In this document: positions 1-8,066 of the stretch, one piece after another
Position numbering within the stretch: position 1 is the first letter of the stretch
Layout of the letters: each line of letters opens with the position of its first letter
Assembly: GCA_038239115.1 (NCBI GenBank)
Contig: JBBSFD010000012.1
Span: 3,347 to 67,346 of the forward strand
Source: Candidatus Limnocylindrales bacterium
Lineage (GTDB): Bacteria > Chloroflexota > Limnocylindria > Limnocylindrales > CSP1-4
Length of the DNA stretch: 64,000 nucleotides
Reading direction: 5' to 3'
Program-made: the position numbers and the translations under genes
The notes under the pieces: generated by a model
Database searches by the model: none
Told to the model about the DNA's origin: nothing
What the model saw: the letters and a program-made list of their open reading frames with translations, nothing else

Positions 1-447
1 GGCGTTCGTCGTCGGGTCCGCAATCCGAACGACCCGGAAGAGCTTCTGCTCAACGGGGACGGGCGCATGGCTGTTGTAGATCCGCCACTCGTTGCCATCG
101 GTCAGGGCGACCCACTCGACCCCGGCCATCGTCGCGTAGTTGAGGATCTGGGCGGCCCATTTGCCATCATTGAGATGGTTGCCCAACGACTTCGCCTCGA
201 TGAACAAGCGTGGTGCACGGAGCAGGAAGAGGGCATAGTCAACGGGGTTGTCCGCGGATCGCCGTCGGTACTCGAGCTTGACATCCTCGAGGTCCTCAAC
301 GTCCCAGCCCAAGGCCCGCAGGATCGGGACAATCAGGGCAGCTTTCGTATCCTGTTCGCCGATCGCCTGCCGCTCGTCCTTGGCAATCCGTTCGCGAACC
401 GCTTCGATCGCTCCGGCCAGGTGCGTTTCGTCCGCGCTCACCGCCAC
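1..447 (-). CDS. HsdR N-terminal-like (PD-(D/E)xK nuclease fold) domain protein, partial; C-terminus lies beyond window start
   Basis: Minus-strand translation from GTG at 447 reads VAVSADETHLAGAIEAVRERIAKDERQAIGEQDTKAALIVPILRALGWDVEDLE...LFIEAKSLGNHL...WVALTDGNEWRIY. This reproduces the E-x-DTK / IVP-L-LGW / IEAK / TDG-W-Y pattern of type I restriction R-subunit N-terminal domains (Pfam HSDR_N-like). The frame stays open to position 1, so it is not in the ORF track. Confidence 0.55.
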   Translation of the reverse strand, partial: MAVSADETHLAGAIEAVRERIAKDERQAIGEQDTKAALIVPILRALGWDVEDLEDVKLEYRRRSADNPVDYALFLLRAPRLFIEAKSLGNHLNDGKWAAQILNYATMAGVEWVALTDGNEWRIYNSHAPVPVEQKLFRVVRIADPTTNA

Positions 448-498
448 CCCCGATGCCCAAGGATTCGACTTTCACTGGAGCCTAACCCAAGTTGGGAT

Positions 499-515
499 AA
501 TCCGAACATCGGATT
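499..515. promoter_or_regulatory. 17-bp palindrome AATCCGAACATCGGATT between divergent HsdR_N-like and XRE genes; candidate operator
   Basis: Perfect 6-bp inverted arms (AATCCG/CGGATT) seen directly about 25 bp upstream of the XRE-family gene start at 542. Confidence 0.35.
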
Positions 516-541
516 AGCGTGCCGCCGGTGGCGCGGTACCC

Positions 542-784
542 GTGACGAGATCCCTGTTCAGCCCGGCCTATGGGCGACTTCGCGACTGGCTCATCCGAGC
601 TCGACGCGAGCAGGGACTTAGCCAGGCGGCCCTGACCGCAAAGCTCGGGCGACCCCAATCGTTCGTCTCAAAGTATGAGCGCGGTGAACGACGGCTCGAT
701 TTCGTCGAGGTTCTCGAGATCGCGGGCGCCCTTGACGGGGACGTGCTCGACCTTGTGAAAGCCGTTGGGCCGATTCGGCTCTAG
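542..784 (+). CDS. XRE-family helix-turn-helix transcriptional regulator (80 aa)
   Basis: LSQAALTAKLGRPQSFVSKYERGERRLDFVEVLEIAGAL is a canonical HTH_XRE (Cro/C1-type) motif. Confidence 0.75.
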   Translation: MTRSLFSPAYGRLRDWLIRARREQGLSQAALTAKLGRPQSFVSKYERGERRLDFVEVLEIAGALDGDVLDLVKAVGPIRL

Positions 785-888
785 GTATCTACGGCAAGTC
801 GCCACCAGGTGGTCATCGTGTCCGATCTGCCAACCTCGAAGGCGGAGCGAGTCTGGTCGTCCGGCCTCGACCGGTCCAGACTGCCGAG

Positions 889-1788
889 ATGACCGATCGA
901 CGCGTGATTTCGAGTCTCCTCCTCGCGGTCGTTCTCGTCGGCGGCTGCGGCATGATCGGGCAGATATCGTCCGCCGATATTGCCGGGCGCCGTACACAAG
1001 CGGCGGCCGTCCTTGCCCAATGGACGGCGGCACTCCCCCCGGTCGGTACATCGCCAGCGTTCGTTCCCGTGGGCGAACTCACCAGCCAGGTCGGCGACTG
1101 GGAGCTCTCCACCGGGGACAACAACAAGGTCGCCCTGATGGCCGGGGCGATCGAGGCCGCGGTCACATTGTCGGCCCAGACACCCCCTACTGCCGAGGTC
1201 CACTGGGACGACGGCACGACCCGGCCCGTGCCGACGATCTCGGCGGATCAAGCACTCGCCGCGATCCAGGGCGGCAACGGTGCTGCGACGTGCCCGGGCT
1301 GCACATCGATCCAGGTGATCGGCGCACAGTTCTCGACGGTGCGGATCGCCACCAGTCACGGGAGGGCAAGTGCCCCAGCGTGGGAGTTCGCCCTGGCCGG
1401 CACCGCGGTCCGGGTGACCCGGATCGCAGTCGCTCCTGCGGGGATGACCACCGTCGATCCTATGTCATTGGCGTCGAGCGGTGGGTGGCTCGGACCATCG
1501 ATCCAATCCGCGACAACGAAGACCGCAGGGCTGGCGCTGACCGTCACGTTCGTTGGCGCGCCCGACCCCGGCGACAAACCCTGTGGTGCCGACTACAGCG
1601 CGGAGGCCGCCGAGTCGTCGACGGCAGTTGCCGTGTTCGTGATCGAGCATCAGAGCCTCACCGTCGGGGCTTGCTCAGCCGTCGGGGCCCTTCGCACGGC
1701 GTCAGTCGGGCTCGCTGCACCGCTGGCAGGCCGCGTCGTTCTCGATGTCAACCAAGACATCCCGGTTCCCGTCGAGCTGATCCCCTGA
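889..1788 (+). CDS. hypothetical secreted lipoprotein
   Basis: N-terminal signal peptide with lipobox LLLAVVLVGGCG, followed by a Thr/Ala/Gly-rich extracytoplasmic domain. The overlapping 765..1982 ORF is Arg-rich and judged spurious. Confidence 0.5.
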   Translation: MTDRRVISSLLLAVVLVGGCGMIGQISSADIAGRRTQAAAVLAQWTAALPPVGTSPAFVPVGELTSQVGDWELSTGDNNKVALMAGAIEAAVTLSAQTPPTAEVHWDDGTTRPVPTISADQALAAIQGGNGAATCPGCTSIQVIGAQFSTVRIATSHGRASAPAWEFALAGTAVRVTRIAVAPAGMTTVDPMSLASSGGWLGPSIQSATTKTAGLALTVTFVGAPDPGDKPCGADYSAEAAESSTAVAVFVIEHQSLTVGACSAVGALRTASVGLAAPLAGRVVLDVNQDIPVPVELIP

Positions 1789-1914
1789 CGGGTCGGCTGC
1801 GCATGATCTCCGAATGGTGTGGCCGCCGCGGCGGGTTCCGGCGGCGGTTGCAACGATGGGGTGCAACAGTGGAGCCACCTCGGGTGTTAGACCTTGTGAA
1901 GGAGGACATCCCGA

Positions 1915-2412
1915 TTGGCAGAGGTCGCTCTGGGATCAGGTCGTGCCGCAACCTCGCTCGAGGCGGCGTTCCGTGCCCATGAGCCGTGGCTCGTGCGTCG
2001 CCTTGCCCTCGTGGTTGGCGATGCCGAGGAAGCCCGCGACCTCGCCCAACAGGTATTTGTTCGTGCGACTGAGCACTGGCCGCTGGCCCCCGAACAAGAC
2101 GTGGCGCGATGGCTTGCCGTCGTGGGTCTCCGCCTTGCCCTGAATGAGCGTCGGCGACGCAAGCGTTGGGGCTTTCTGGCGATCCGGGAAAGCGACGCCA
2201 CCTGGGCGCTCGAGGTGGACCCGGATCTATGGACGGCCCTTCGAGGCCTCGACGCCCGAACTCGAGTTGCTCTGGTGCTCACGGTCCTGGATGGATATAC
2301 GCAGGAGGAGGTCGCGACCGTGCTCGGAGTTCCGCGCGGCACTGTAGCGAGCTGGCTGTCGCGAGCCCGAGACCGCCTTCGGGTCGTGTTTGAGGAGCAG
2401 CCCGGTGACTGA
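1915..2412 (+). CDS. ECF-type RNA polymerase sigma-70 factor
   Basis: Region 2 (DAEEARDLAQQVFVRATEHW) and region 4 (LDARTRVALVLTVLDGYTQEEVATVLGVPRGTVASWLSRARDRLR) motifs typical of sigma-24/ECF factors. Confidence 0.8.
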   Translation: MAEVALGSGRAATSLEAAFRAHEPWLVRRLALVVGDAEEARDLAQQVFVRATEHWPLAPEQDVARWLAVVGLRLALNERRRRKRWGFLAIRESDATWALEVDPDLWTALRGLDARTRVALVLTVLDGYTQEEVATVLGVPRGTVASWLSRARDRLRVVFEEQPGD

Positions 2413-3508
2413 TCGATTCGACGCTTGGCTGGAGAAGGGCCTGCGTGACCTGGAGCGGGCCGTGCCAGTCGGTCAGTCGGTCGCCGGCAGGCTTGATCCT
2501 GCCACGCTGGTTCGCGTGTCTGGCAGGGGCACACGCTCGCTGCGCCCAGTAGGCTCCCTGATTGTTGCGGCCGTGGCAATCGTGATCCTGGCGATCCTCC
2601 TTCCCAGGTTCAATGCTGCGGTCCCGGGAGCCTCGCAAACGACCGCGCCGAGCCTCAGTCCGACCACAACAAGCCCCACGCCCGCGCCTTCATTCTCAGG
2701 CGAAGTCACCCACCAGCTGGGATCCCTCGCGATCGTGACCCCAACCAGCTGGCAGCTGATCGCCCCGTACAAGTGGAACGATCGGACGGGGCCCTTCCTG
2801 TTCGTCAGCAGTGCGGCTATTGCCGACCCGTGCCCGACCTCGAACCTCGGGCCGAAATGCATGACGCCTCTCGCCCAGCTCCCACCAGATGGAATCGTGG
2901 TCACGTTCTCCGGATTGTCCGCCACGAGTGGGCCGAATCCGTCCCCAATTCCGGTCGACGAGCCAGTAAATGGCGCATGCGCCACGATGCGCGGCGATCG
3001 CGAGCTCGGTGTCCGCATCCAGGGGTTTGACGTAGTCGCGTGCCTGCGTGGACCTGACTTCACCGCGAATGAAACCGCATTCGATCGGCTTGTTGCCTCG
3101 ATCCCGGGCCTGCCTCCGCCCCATGGAACAAGCGTCACGACGGCGTTCACCATTCCAGGGACTGGCATCACTCTGTCGCCGCCGGGCAACGTGGTCCCGG
3201 CAACTTCGAGCGACGCGGCCTACGGGCTTTGCCTGACCCCTGGCGGGGCCGCCTGCCAGCCGGGTCCGCCGACGAGCATCGTGCTTGCCCGCATCACCGA
3301 CACGGGATCCACGCTCGTCAAGCCCGGCATCCTGGTCTGGGCGATGGGCTGGATCGGGGTCACCACCTGCGTCTTCTCGGGCGGTGGACCACCCGGTCCC
3401 GGCAGTTCGCCTGTCGTGGCGACGAGTCAACCTCTGTGCGACGCGTACGACTTCATCGATGCCACTTCCGGAAAGTTCATCTTTGAGTCCGCGGGTCCGC
3501 ACAACTAG
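2390..3508 (+). CDS. putative anti-sigma factor / membrane-anchored Pro/Thr-rich extracytoplasmic protein
   Basis: Start (TTG 2390 or GTG about 2405) overlaps the sigma stop codon. Short cytoplasmic N-terminus, single TM helix (LIVAAVAIVILAILL), then a P/T/S-rich linker and Cys-containing exported domain. This is the usual position and topology for an ECF anti-sigma. Confidence 0.5.
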   Translation: MRSSPVTDRFDAWLEKGLRDLERAVPVGQSVAGRLDPATLVRVSGRGTRSLRPVGSLIVAAVAIVILAILLPRFNAAVPGASQTTAPSLSPTTTSPTPAPSFSGEVTHQLGSLAIVTPTSWQLIAPYKWNDRTGPFLFVSSAAIADPCPTSNLGPKCMTPLAQLPPDGIVVTFSGLSATSGPNPSPIPVDEPVNGACATMRGDRELGVRIQGFDVVACLRGPDFTANETAFDRLVASIPGLPPPHGTSVTTAFTIPGTGITLSPPGNVVPATSSDAAYGLCLTPGGAACQPGPPTSIVLARITDTGSTLVKPGILVWAMGWIGVTTCVFSGGGPPGPGSSPVVATSQPLCDAYDFIDATSGKFIFESAGPHN

Positions 3509-3662
3509 AGTCGGTGCTGCGGTCCCCGATCTCAGTCGCCGAGCCTAAGCATCAGGCGCAGAGCCCCACAGACGATTTGGCCATCGTGGGGGGTGCCGGG
3601 CCATTGCCGTATCGGTAACTTCCGAAGCCGGGATTTACATGAGAGGCTCGATTCTGTAAGTT

Positions 3663-4844
3663 GTGCGTATGAGCATCTCGCGGTCGACAACCCACCGAAA
3701 TGCCCCGGGAACGTTCGTCCGGGCGAGCCAGGACGGAGTCAAATATCGGGCATGGGTGCCCGCCCCCTTGCCCCCCACGTTGCTCTTCGACTCTGCGATG
3801 GTGACGGCCGTTGCAGATGCGTCGGCGGCTCTCGGCGAGCTGGCTGGTGTCGGACGGAATCTGCCGAACCCGCACCTGCTCCTTGGTCCGTTCATGCGCA
3901 AGGAGGCCGTGCTCTCGTCGCGGATTGAAGGGACACGGGCCACGATCACTGATCTCTACGCGTATGAAGCTGGTCAGTTGCCGCTGCCGGGAATGGAGGG
4001 AGATGATCGGGACGCGAGGGAGGTTCTCAACTACGTCGAGGCTCTCGAACATGGCTTGGCGCAAATCAAGGCCTACCCATTCTCCCTGTCACTTGTGGAA
4101 GACCTGCACAGATCCCTCATGCGAGCCGTCCGGGGTAGGGAGAAAACGCCTGGGGTCTTTCGCGTCCGACAGAACCTGATTGGGCAGCCAAACGCATCGC
4201 TCGAGACCGCGACGTACGTGCCGCCACCGACCATCCAAATGCAGGACTCGCTCCGCCAACTCGAGGCCTATGTCAAGGATCCCTCCGACGGGTATCCCAA
4301 GCTCGTGCGATTGGCCTTGATCCACTATCAGTTCGAAGCGATCCACCCATTCAACGATGGGAACGGACGAGTCGGGCGCCTACTCATGTCGCTGTTGACC
4401 ACGCATTGGAATTTGCTGCCCCTGCCGCTGCTTTACCTCTCGGCGTACTTTGAGGAGAACCGCGACCAGTATTACGACCTGCTCCAGGCCGTGACTGAGA
4501 GGGCGGCCTGGCAGGAATGGACAATGTTCTTTCTCCAGGGGGTGGCCGAGCAGTCGGCGGACGCGACGCTCCGCGCGAAGCGTCTCCAGGACCTGCGCGA
4601 AAGAATGCAGGAGGAGTTCGCAAAGGAGCGTGCATCAGCTTTGGCGGCACGCCTTCTCACCCTGCTCTTCGAGCGCCCCGTGCTAACTATCGCCAACGCC
4701 GCGGCGATGCTTGGCGTCAACTACCACAATGCCCGCCGACAGGTCCATCGCCTCGTGGAAGCTGGGATCTTGAGTCCGATACCCGGAAGGGGCCATCAGG
4801 ATCTTTATGCGGCTGCGGAGATCGTCGCGACGGTGCAGGACTGA
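3663..4844 (+). CDS. Fic family protein (AMPylase/adenylyltransferase-type), class II with internal inhibitory motif
   Basis: Canonical Fic motif HPFNDGNGRVGR (HPFx[D/E]GNGR). An upstream in-protein SRIEG matches the (S/T)xxxE(G/N) inhibitory helix motif. C-terminal winged-helix-like tail. Confidence 0.85.
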   Translation: MRMSISRSTTHRNAPGTFVRASQDGVKYRAWVPAPLPPTLLFDSAMVTAVADASAALGELAGVGRNLPNPHLLLGPFMRKEAVLSSRIEGTRATITDLYAYEAGQLPLPGMEGDDRDAREVLNYVEALEHGLAQIKAYPFSLSLVEDLHRSLMRAVRGREKTPGVFRVRQNLIGQPNASLETATYVPPPTIQMQDSLRQLEAYVKDPSDGYPKLVRLALIHYQFEAIHPFNDGNGRVGRLLMSLLTTHWNLLPLPLLYLSAYFEENRDQYYDLLQAVTERAAWQEWTMFFLQGVAEQSADATLRAKRLQDLRERMQEEFAKERASALAARLLTLLFERPVLTIANAAAMLGVNYHNARRQVHRLVEAGILSPIPGRGHQDLYAAAEIVATVQD

Positions 4845-5001
4845 CGGCATCCCGGTCTGCGCTGCGTGCGCCATAGCCTCTGGGCTAGAGACTCAACGAG
4901 AGACGCCACGCCACCGCACGGCAGGGCCCACACGATGTTGCTTTCGTGCTCGATCTGATCAATTGGTGTGAGCGTCCACTCCCGCTTAGGAGACCAGGTC
5001 C

Positions 5002-5934
5002 ATGTCCACTCCCCTCCTGCCTGCCCTCGCACCGGAAGACGCCCCAGCCTGGCAGAGCTCAGTCATGGCGTTCCTCGCGGAGAAGGAACGACGCTCAGGT
5101 TCGCGACGGACGGTCGAGGGCTACGCCCGGATGCTCTGGCCGTTCCTGAACCGGATCGGCTCGCCTACGCTGGTGACCCCGGCTCATGTCCTGGCCTGGG
5201 CTCACGGCATCGGGCTGTCGGGTCGGGAACCCTCCTCGGCAACGGTCGGCGCACGGATCGCCTGCCTCTCGAGCTATTTCCGGTTCTTGATCCGAATGGA
5301 GCTCGCCCGCTCCAATCCCTGTGACGCCCTCGAGCGCCCGAAGACGGTCCAGGCAACCGCTCGGGGACTTTCGGCTGATGAGGTTCGCCGGCTCCTGGCG
5401 GTCGTGCCGGACACCGTTGCGGGCCGGCGGGACCGAGCGATCTTGCTCGTCCTGATTCTCACCGGTCGCCGACGGGCCGAGGTGATCGGACTCAGCGCTG
5501 GAGACCTCAGCCTCAACGATGGGGTGCCCTTCTACAGCTACCGCGGCAAGGGCGGCAAGCGAGGTCGCCGCGAGCTGCCCCAACCGGCCTTCGAGGCGCT
5601 GTGCGCCACCGTCGGCGACACTGGACTGGAGCTCGGGTCGATGGAGCCGTCTGCGTCGCTCTGGCAGGCGGGCGCGGGATCTCGGGGCGTGACGAGCTCG
5701 ACGTTCTACTCGCGCTTCCGGACCTACCTTCGGCTCGCGGGCTTGCCGCCCTCAGGGATTCACCTACTTCGGCACTCCGCCGCGAAACTGCGGCGCGATG
5801 CCGGTGCCTCGATCGAGGAGGTCAGCTCGTTCCTCGACCATTCGAGCCTCGCGGTGACGAGCGTCTATCTTCGGCGGCTCGAAGGGGAGACCGATCGGAC
5901 ATGGGCTGACGTTGCGGCGGCGATCGGCCTGTAG
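5002..5934 (+). CDS. tyrosine-type site-specific recombinase/integrase (XerC/D / phage integrase family)
   Basis: N-terminal SAM-like core-binding domain. Catalytic region with RDRAILLVLILTGRRRAEVIGL (Arg I box), HLLRHSAAKLRR (HxxR) and terminal VTSVYL (Tyr nucleophile). Confidence 0.85.
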   Translation: MSTPLLPALAPEDAPAWQSSVMAFLAEKERRSGSRRTVEGYARMLWPFLNRIGSPTLVTPAHVLAWAHGIGLSGREPSSATVGARIACLSSYFRFLIRMELARSNPCDALERPKTVQATARGLSADEVRRLLAVVPDTVAGRRDRAILLVLILTGRRRAEVIGLSAGDLSLNDGVPFYSYRGKGGKRGRRELPQPAFEALCATVGDTGLELGSMEPSASLWQAGAGSRGVTSSTFYSRFRTYLRLAGLPPSGIHLLRHSAAKLRRDAGASIEEVSSFLDHSSLAVTSVYLRRLEGETDRTWADVAAAIGL

Positions 5935-5984
5935 GACCATCGGGGATCTTCTGACGAGGAAGCCCTGCCGCTACGCTCGGAGCG

Positions 5985-6763
5985 ATGGACTTGGACCGCC
6001 CAGACCCAACCAGCCTTGTCAGCCAAGACACCGACTCGGTGGCCGAGCCCGAGTCCGGCGCTGCTATCGATTCCGGGACGGCTGGCGGATCGGCTCGACG
6101 CGAGTACGAGCGGAGAGCCAACCAGCGCGACGAACGCACGAAGGCCCGCTGGGGCGGACGACTCGGTGGTGTCGTCCTCGCCTTGACCAACGAGCCCCTG
6201 TCGACGGCCGCGTGGGCCCGCGGAGCGGAGGGCGAAGAGAAGCTCGCCCGCGAACTAGCCGACCTCGAAGATGTCGTCGTCCTCCACGATCGCCGGATGC
6301 CCGGGACCAAGGCGAACATCGATCATCTTGTCGTCGCGCCTGGAGGAGTGTTCGTCGTTGATGCTAAGTACTACCACGGCCGGATCGCGATCCACGACAA
6401 GGGCGGCCTGTTCCGAAGAGATCCGCGCCTCTTCGTCGGCCGGCGCGACTGCTCGGGCCTGGCCGACGGAGCGCTGTGGCAAACGCAAATGGTGCCTCTG
6501 CGCTCGCGTCGATCGGCCGCGCGACTCCCCCGCCAGTCCCGGTCCTGTGCTTCCTCGATGGCGACTGGCCGATGATCCGGCCGCCAACTGCGTATCGAGG
6601 GGTTCGGCTCGAGAGCCCACGGTCGCTGAAATCGCTGCTCGTGAGGGCCTCCGCGATCGAGCGGTCTGAAGTTGATCCACTCGCCCGGCGGCTTGCTGCC
6701 GCCTTCCCCGCGAAGCAGCCGGGCGGTATCGTTGGATATGTGCCCCGGCGGCGGAACGGGTAG
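5985..6763 (+). pseudogene. NERD (nuclease-related domain) protein, apparently frameshifted
   Basis: VVLHDRRMPGTKANIDHLVVAPGGVFVVDAKYYHGRI is a NERD domain. The expected C-terminal continuation (ALASIGRATPPPVPVLCFLDGDWPMIRP...GVRLESPRSLKSLL) is present but in the +1 frame (ORF 6476..6763). The frame switch falls about 6485..6505. Confidence 0.55.
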
Positions 6764-6936
6764 GCGCGGCCGCGCGGCGCAGCTGGCGTGGGTCGCCGCG
6801 ACCCTTCCTGTCGAGGTTCAACTCCCGGCCCGATCACACTGCTCTGGCGAGGGCGGCAGACCGGACCAGATCGCACCCAGGGTTACCGGCCCCTTACCGT
6901 GCCTTCGGGCCCCCGGCTCTGTGATGCTACTTCGCC

Positions 6937-7338
6937 TTACCCCGGACTTGACGACTGCCCGGACTGACGACTGCCCGGACCCGCGTAAAGGTGATATCTC
7001 GGCAGCTCGAGGGATTCCCGCGCTCGCACATACGAAGAGCGCATGTGGCGATAGCCCGAATAGGTGGCGTCGGGGTGCGCATTATTCCAAGCTTCAAGAC
7101 GTTTCTCCCACGACCCGAGAGGGTTCCGAAGCACGAAGTTGACGAGCTCGATCGACCGACTGCCGATTGGCCGGTTGTGCCCGGGCAGGAGTTGCCGCTG
7201 TACCTGGCGGTATGCCTGAGTCACCGCCGCGACCGGCACCCAGGCGTCAACCTCCATGACGATTCGTACCCTGCGCCGGTCATCCTGGACACTGGTCTGC
7301 GGCACGCTGAGCATGAACGGCGTCGCCTGCGGGATCAA
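6937..7338 (-). CDS. hypothetical protein (133 aa), second gene of a two-gene operon
   Basis: Protein-like composition (WEKRLEAWNNAHPDATYSGYRHMRSSYVRARESLELPRYHLY). ATGA start/stop overlap with the upstream gene. The antisense ORF is less protein-like. No family recognised. Confidence 0.4.
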   Translation of the reverse strand: MIPQATPFMLSVPQTSVQDDRRRVRIVMEVDAWVPVAAVTQAYRQVQRQLLPGHNRPIGSRSIELVNFVLRNPLGSWEKRLEAWNNAHPDATYSGYRHMRSSYVRARESLELPRYHLYAGPGSRQSGQSSSPG

Positions 7339-7943
7339 GCTTCGAGCACGAACGAAGCCGCCTGCTCGGGCTGCCAGGGATAGACCAGGGCGAGCTGCTC
7401 AGCGAGCTGCCGGAGCTCATCGAGTGGCGAGCCGGCCCAGACGTGTAGGTCGTACGCGATATGGCCGTTCTGGTATTTGAGTAGCTCCAGCGTCTCCTTC
7501 GCCTTGCCGTGATGTGGTGCTCGCGCCTCGTCGGTGTCGAGATACGCCTCTGCCTCATCCCGGCTCATCGGGGACTCTCGCTCGAGAACCCGTCGCCGAA
7601 AGTCGAGGACTTCGGAACGACCTCCGGCACTCTCCGCAGCTAATCGACTTACGGCCTCGATCCGGGGAGCGAGTGCCGCTGGCTCCACCGTTCCTTGCGC
7701 CGGCGCCGAGTGGATCTGGCCGACTAAGCGAAGGAGCTGCTCGAGGCGGCCGAATAGGCGGTCCTCAGAGTCGGGATACTCCCGACTCAAGGCCTCAGCC
7801 ACGTAGTGGTCCTCGACCAGGAAGTCCCAGGCGGCGTCGGGGATGCCGCGCCCGAGACGCTTTGCCATTCGCCGACGCAAGGAAATGTGCGCGTTATTGG
7901 TTTGCACAACTCGCACTCTAGTCTCCGGGCGTCTAGCCAACAA
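7335..7943 (-). CDS. hypothetical protein (about 180-202 aa), first gene of a two-gene operon
   Basis: Non-repetitive acidic/helical sequence (AWDFLVEDHYVAEALSREYPDSEDRLFGRLEQLLRLVG...LELLKYQNGHIAYDLHVWAGSPLDELRQLAEQLALVYPW). No family recognised. Start uncertain (alternative M at residue 26). Confidence 0.4.
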   Translation of the reverse strand: MLARRPETRVRVVQTNNAHISLRRRMAKRLGRGIPDAAWDFLVEDHYVAEALSREYPDSEDRLFGRLEQLLRLVGQIHSAPAQGTVEPAALAPRIEAVSRLAAESAGGRSEVLDFRRRVLERESPMSRDEAEAYLDTDEARAPHHGKAKETLELLKYQNGHIAYDLHVWAGSPLDELRQLAEQLALVYPWQPEQAASFVLEA

Positions 7944-8014
7944 GAGCTGACGATCGGACGGACCTCGGCGATATGCGAGACCTCACATCGCTTCAACCTT
8001 GCTACGCGCACACG

Positions 8015-8066
8015 CATAGCAACGAGCTCTCTCTAGCAACCCTCCTCCAAGAAAGAGGTTGCTAGT
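8015..8066. promoter_or_regulatory. TAGCAAC repeat cluster: two direct copies plus a 9-bp inverted repeat CTAGCAACC(N15)GGTTGCTAG in a divergent promoter region
   Basis: Seen directly: catAGCAACgag, ctcTAGCAACcc, then GGTTGCTAG overlapping the TTG start of the 8059 gene. The region is locally lower in GC and sits between divergent operons 7943<- and ->8059. Confidence 0.35.

Noticed and set aside
765-1982. 405-aa ORF overlapping the lipoprotein and sigma-factor genes
   Set aside because: Extremely Arg/Gly/Pro-rich with no hydrophobic core; an alternative frame of genuine GC-rich coding sequence. Typical high-GC artefact.
6255-6876. Two minus-strand ORFs (188 and 170 aa) opposite the NERD gene
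   Set aside because: Antisense to a recognisable NERD domain. Ala/Arg/Gly-rich. Treated as artefacts.
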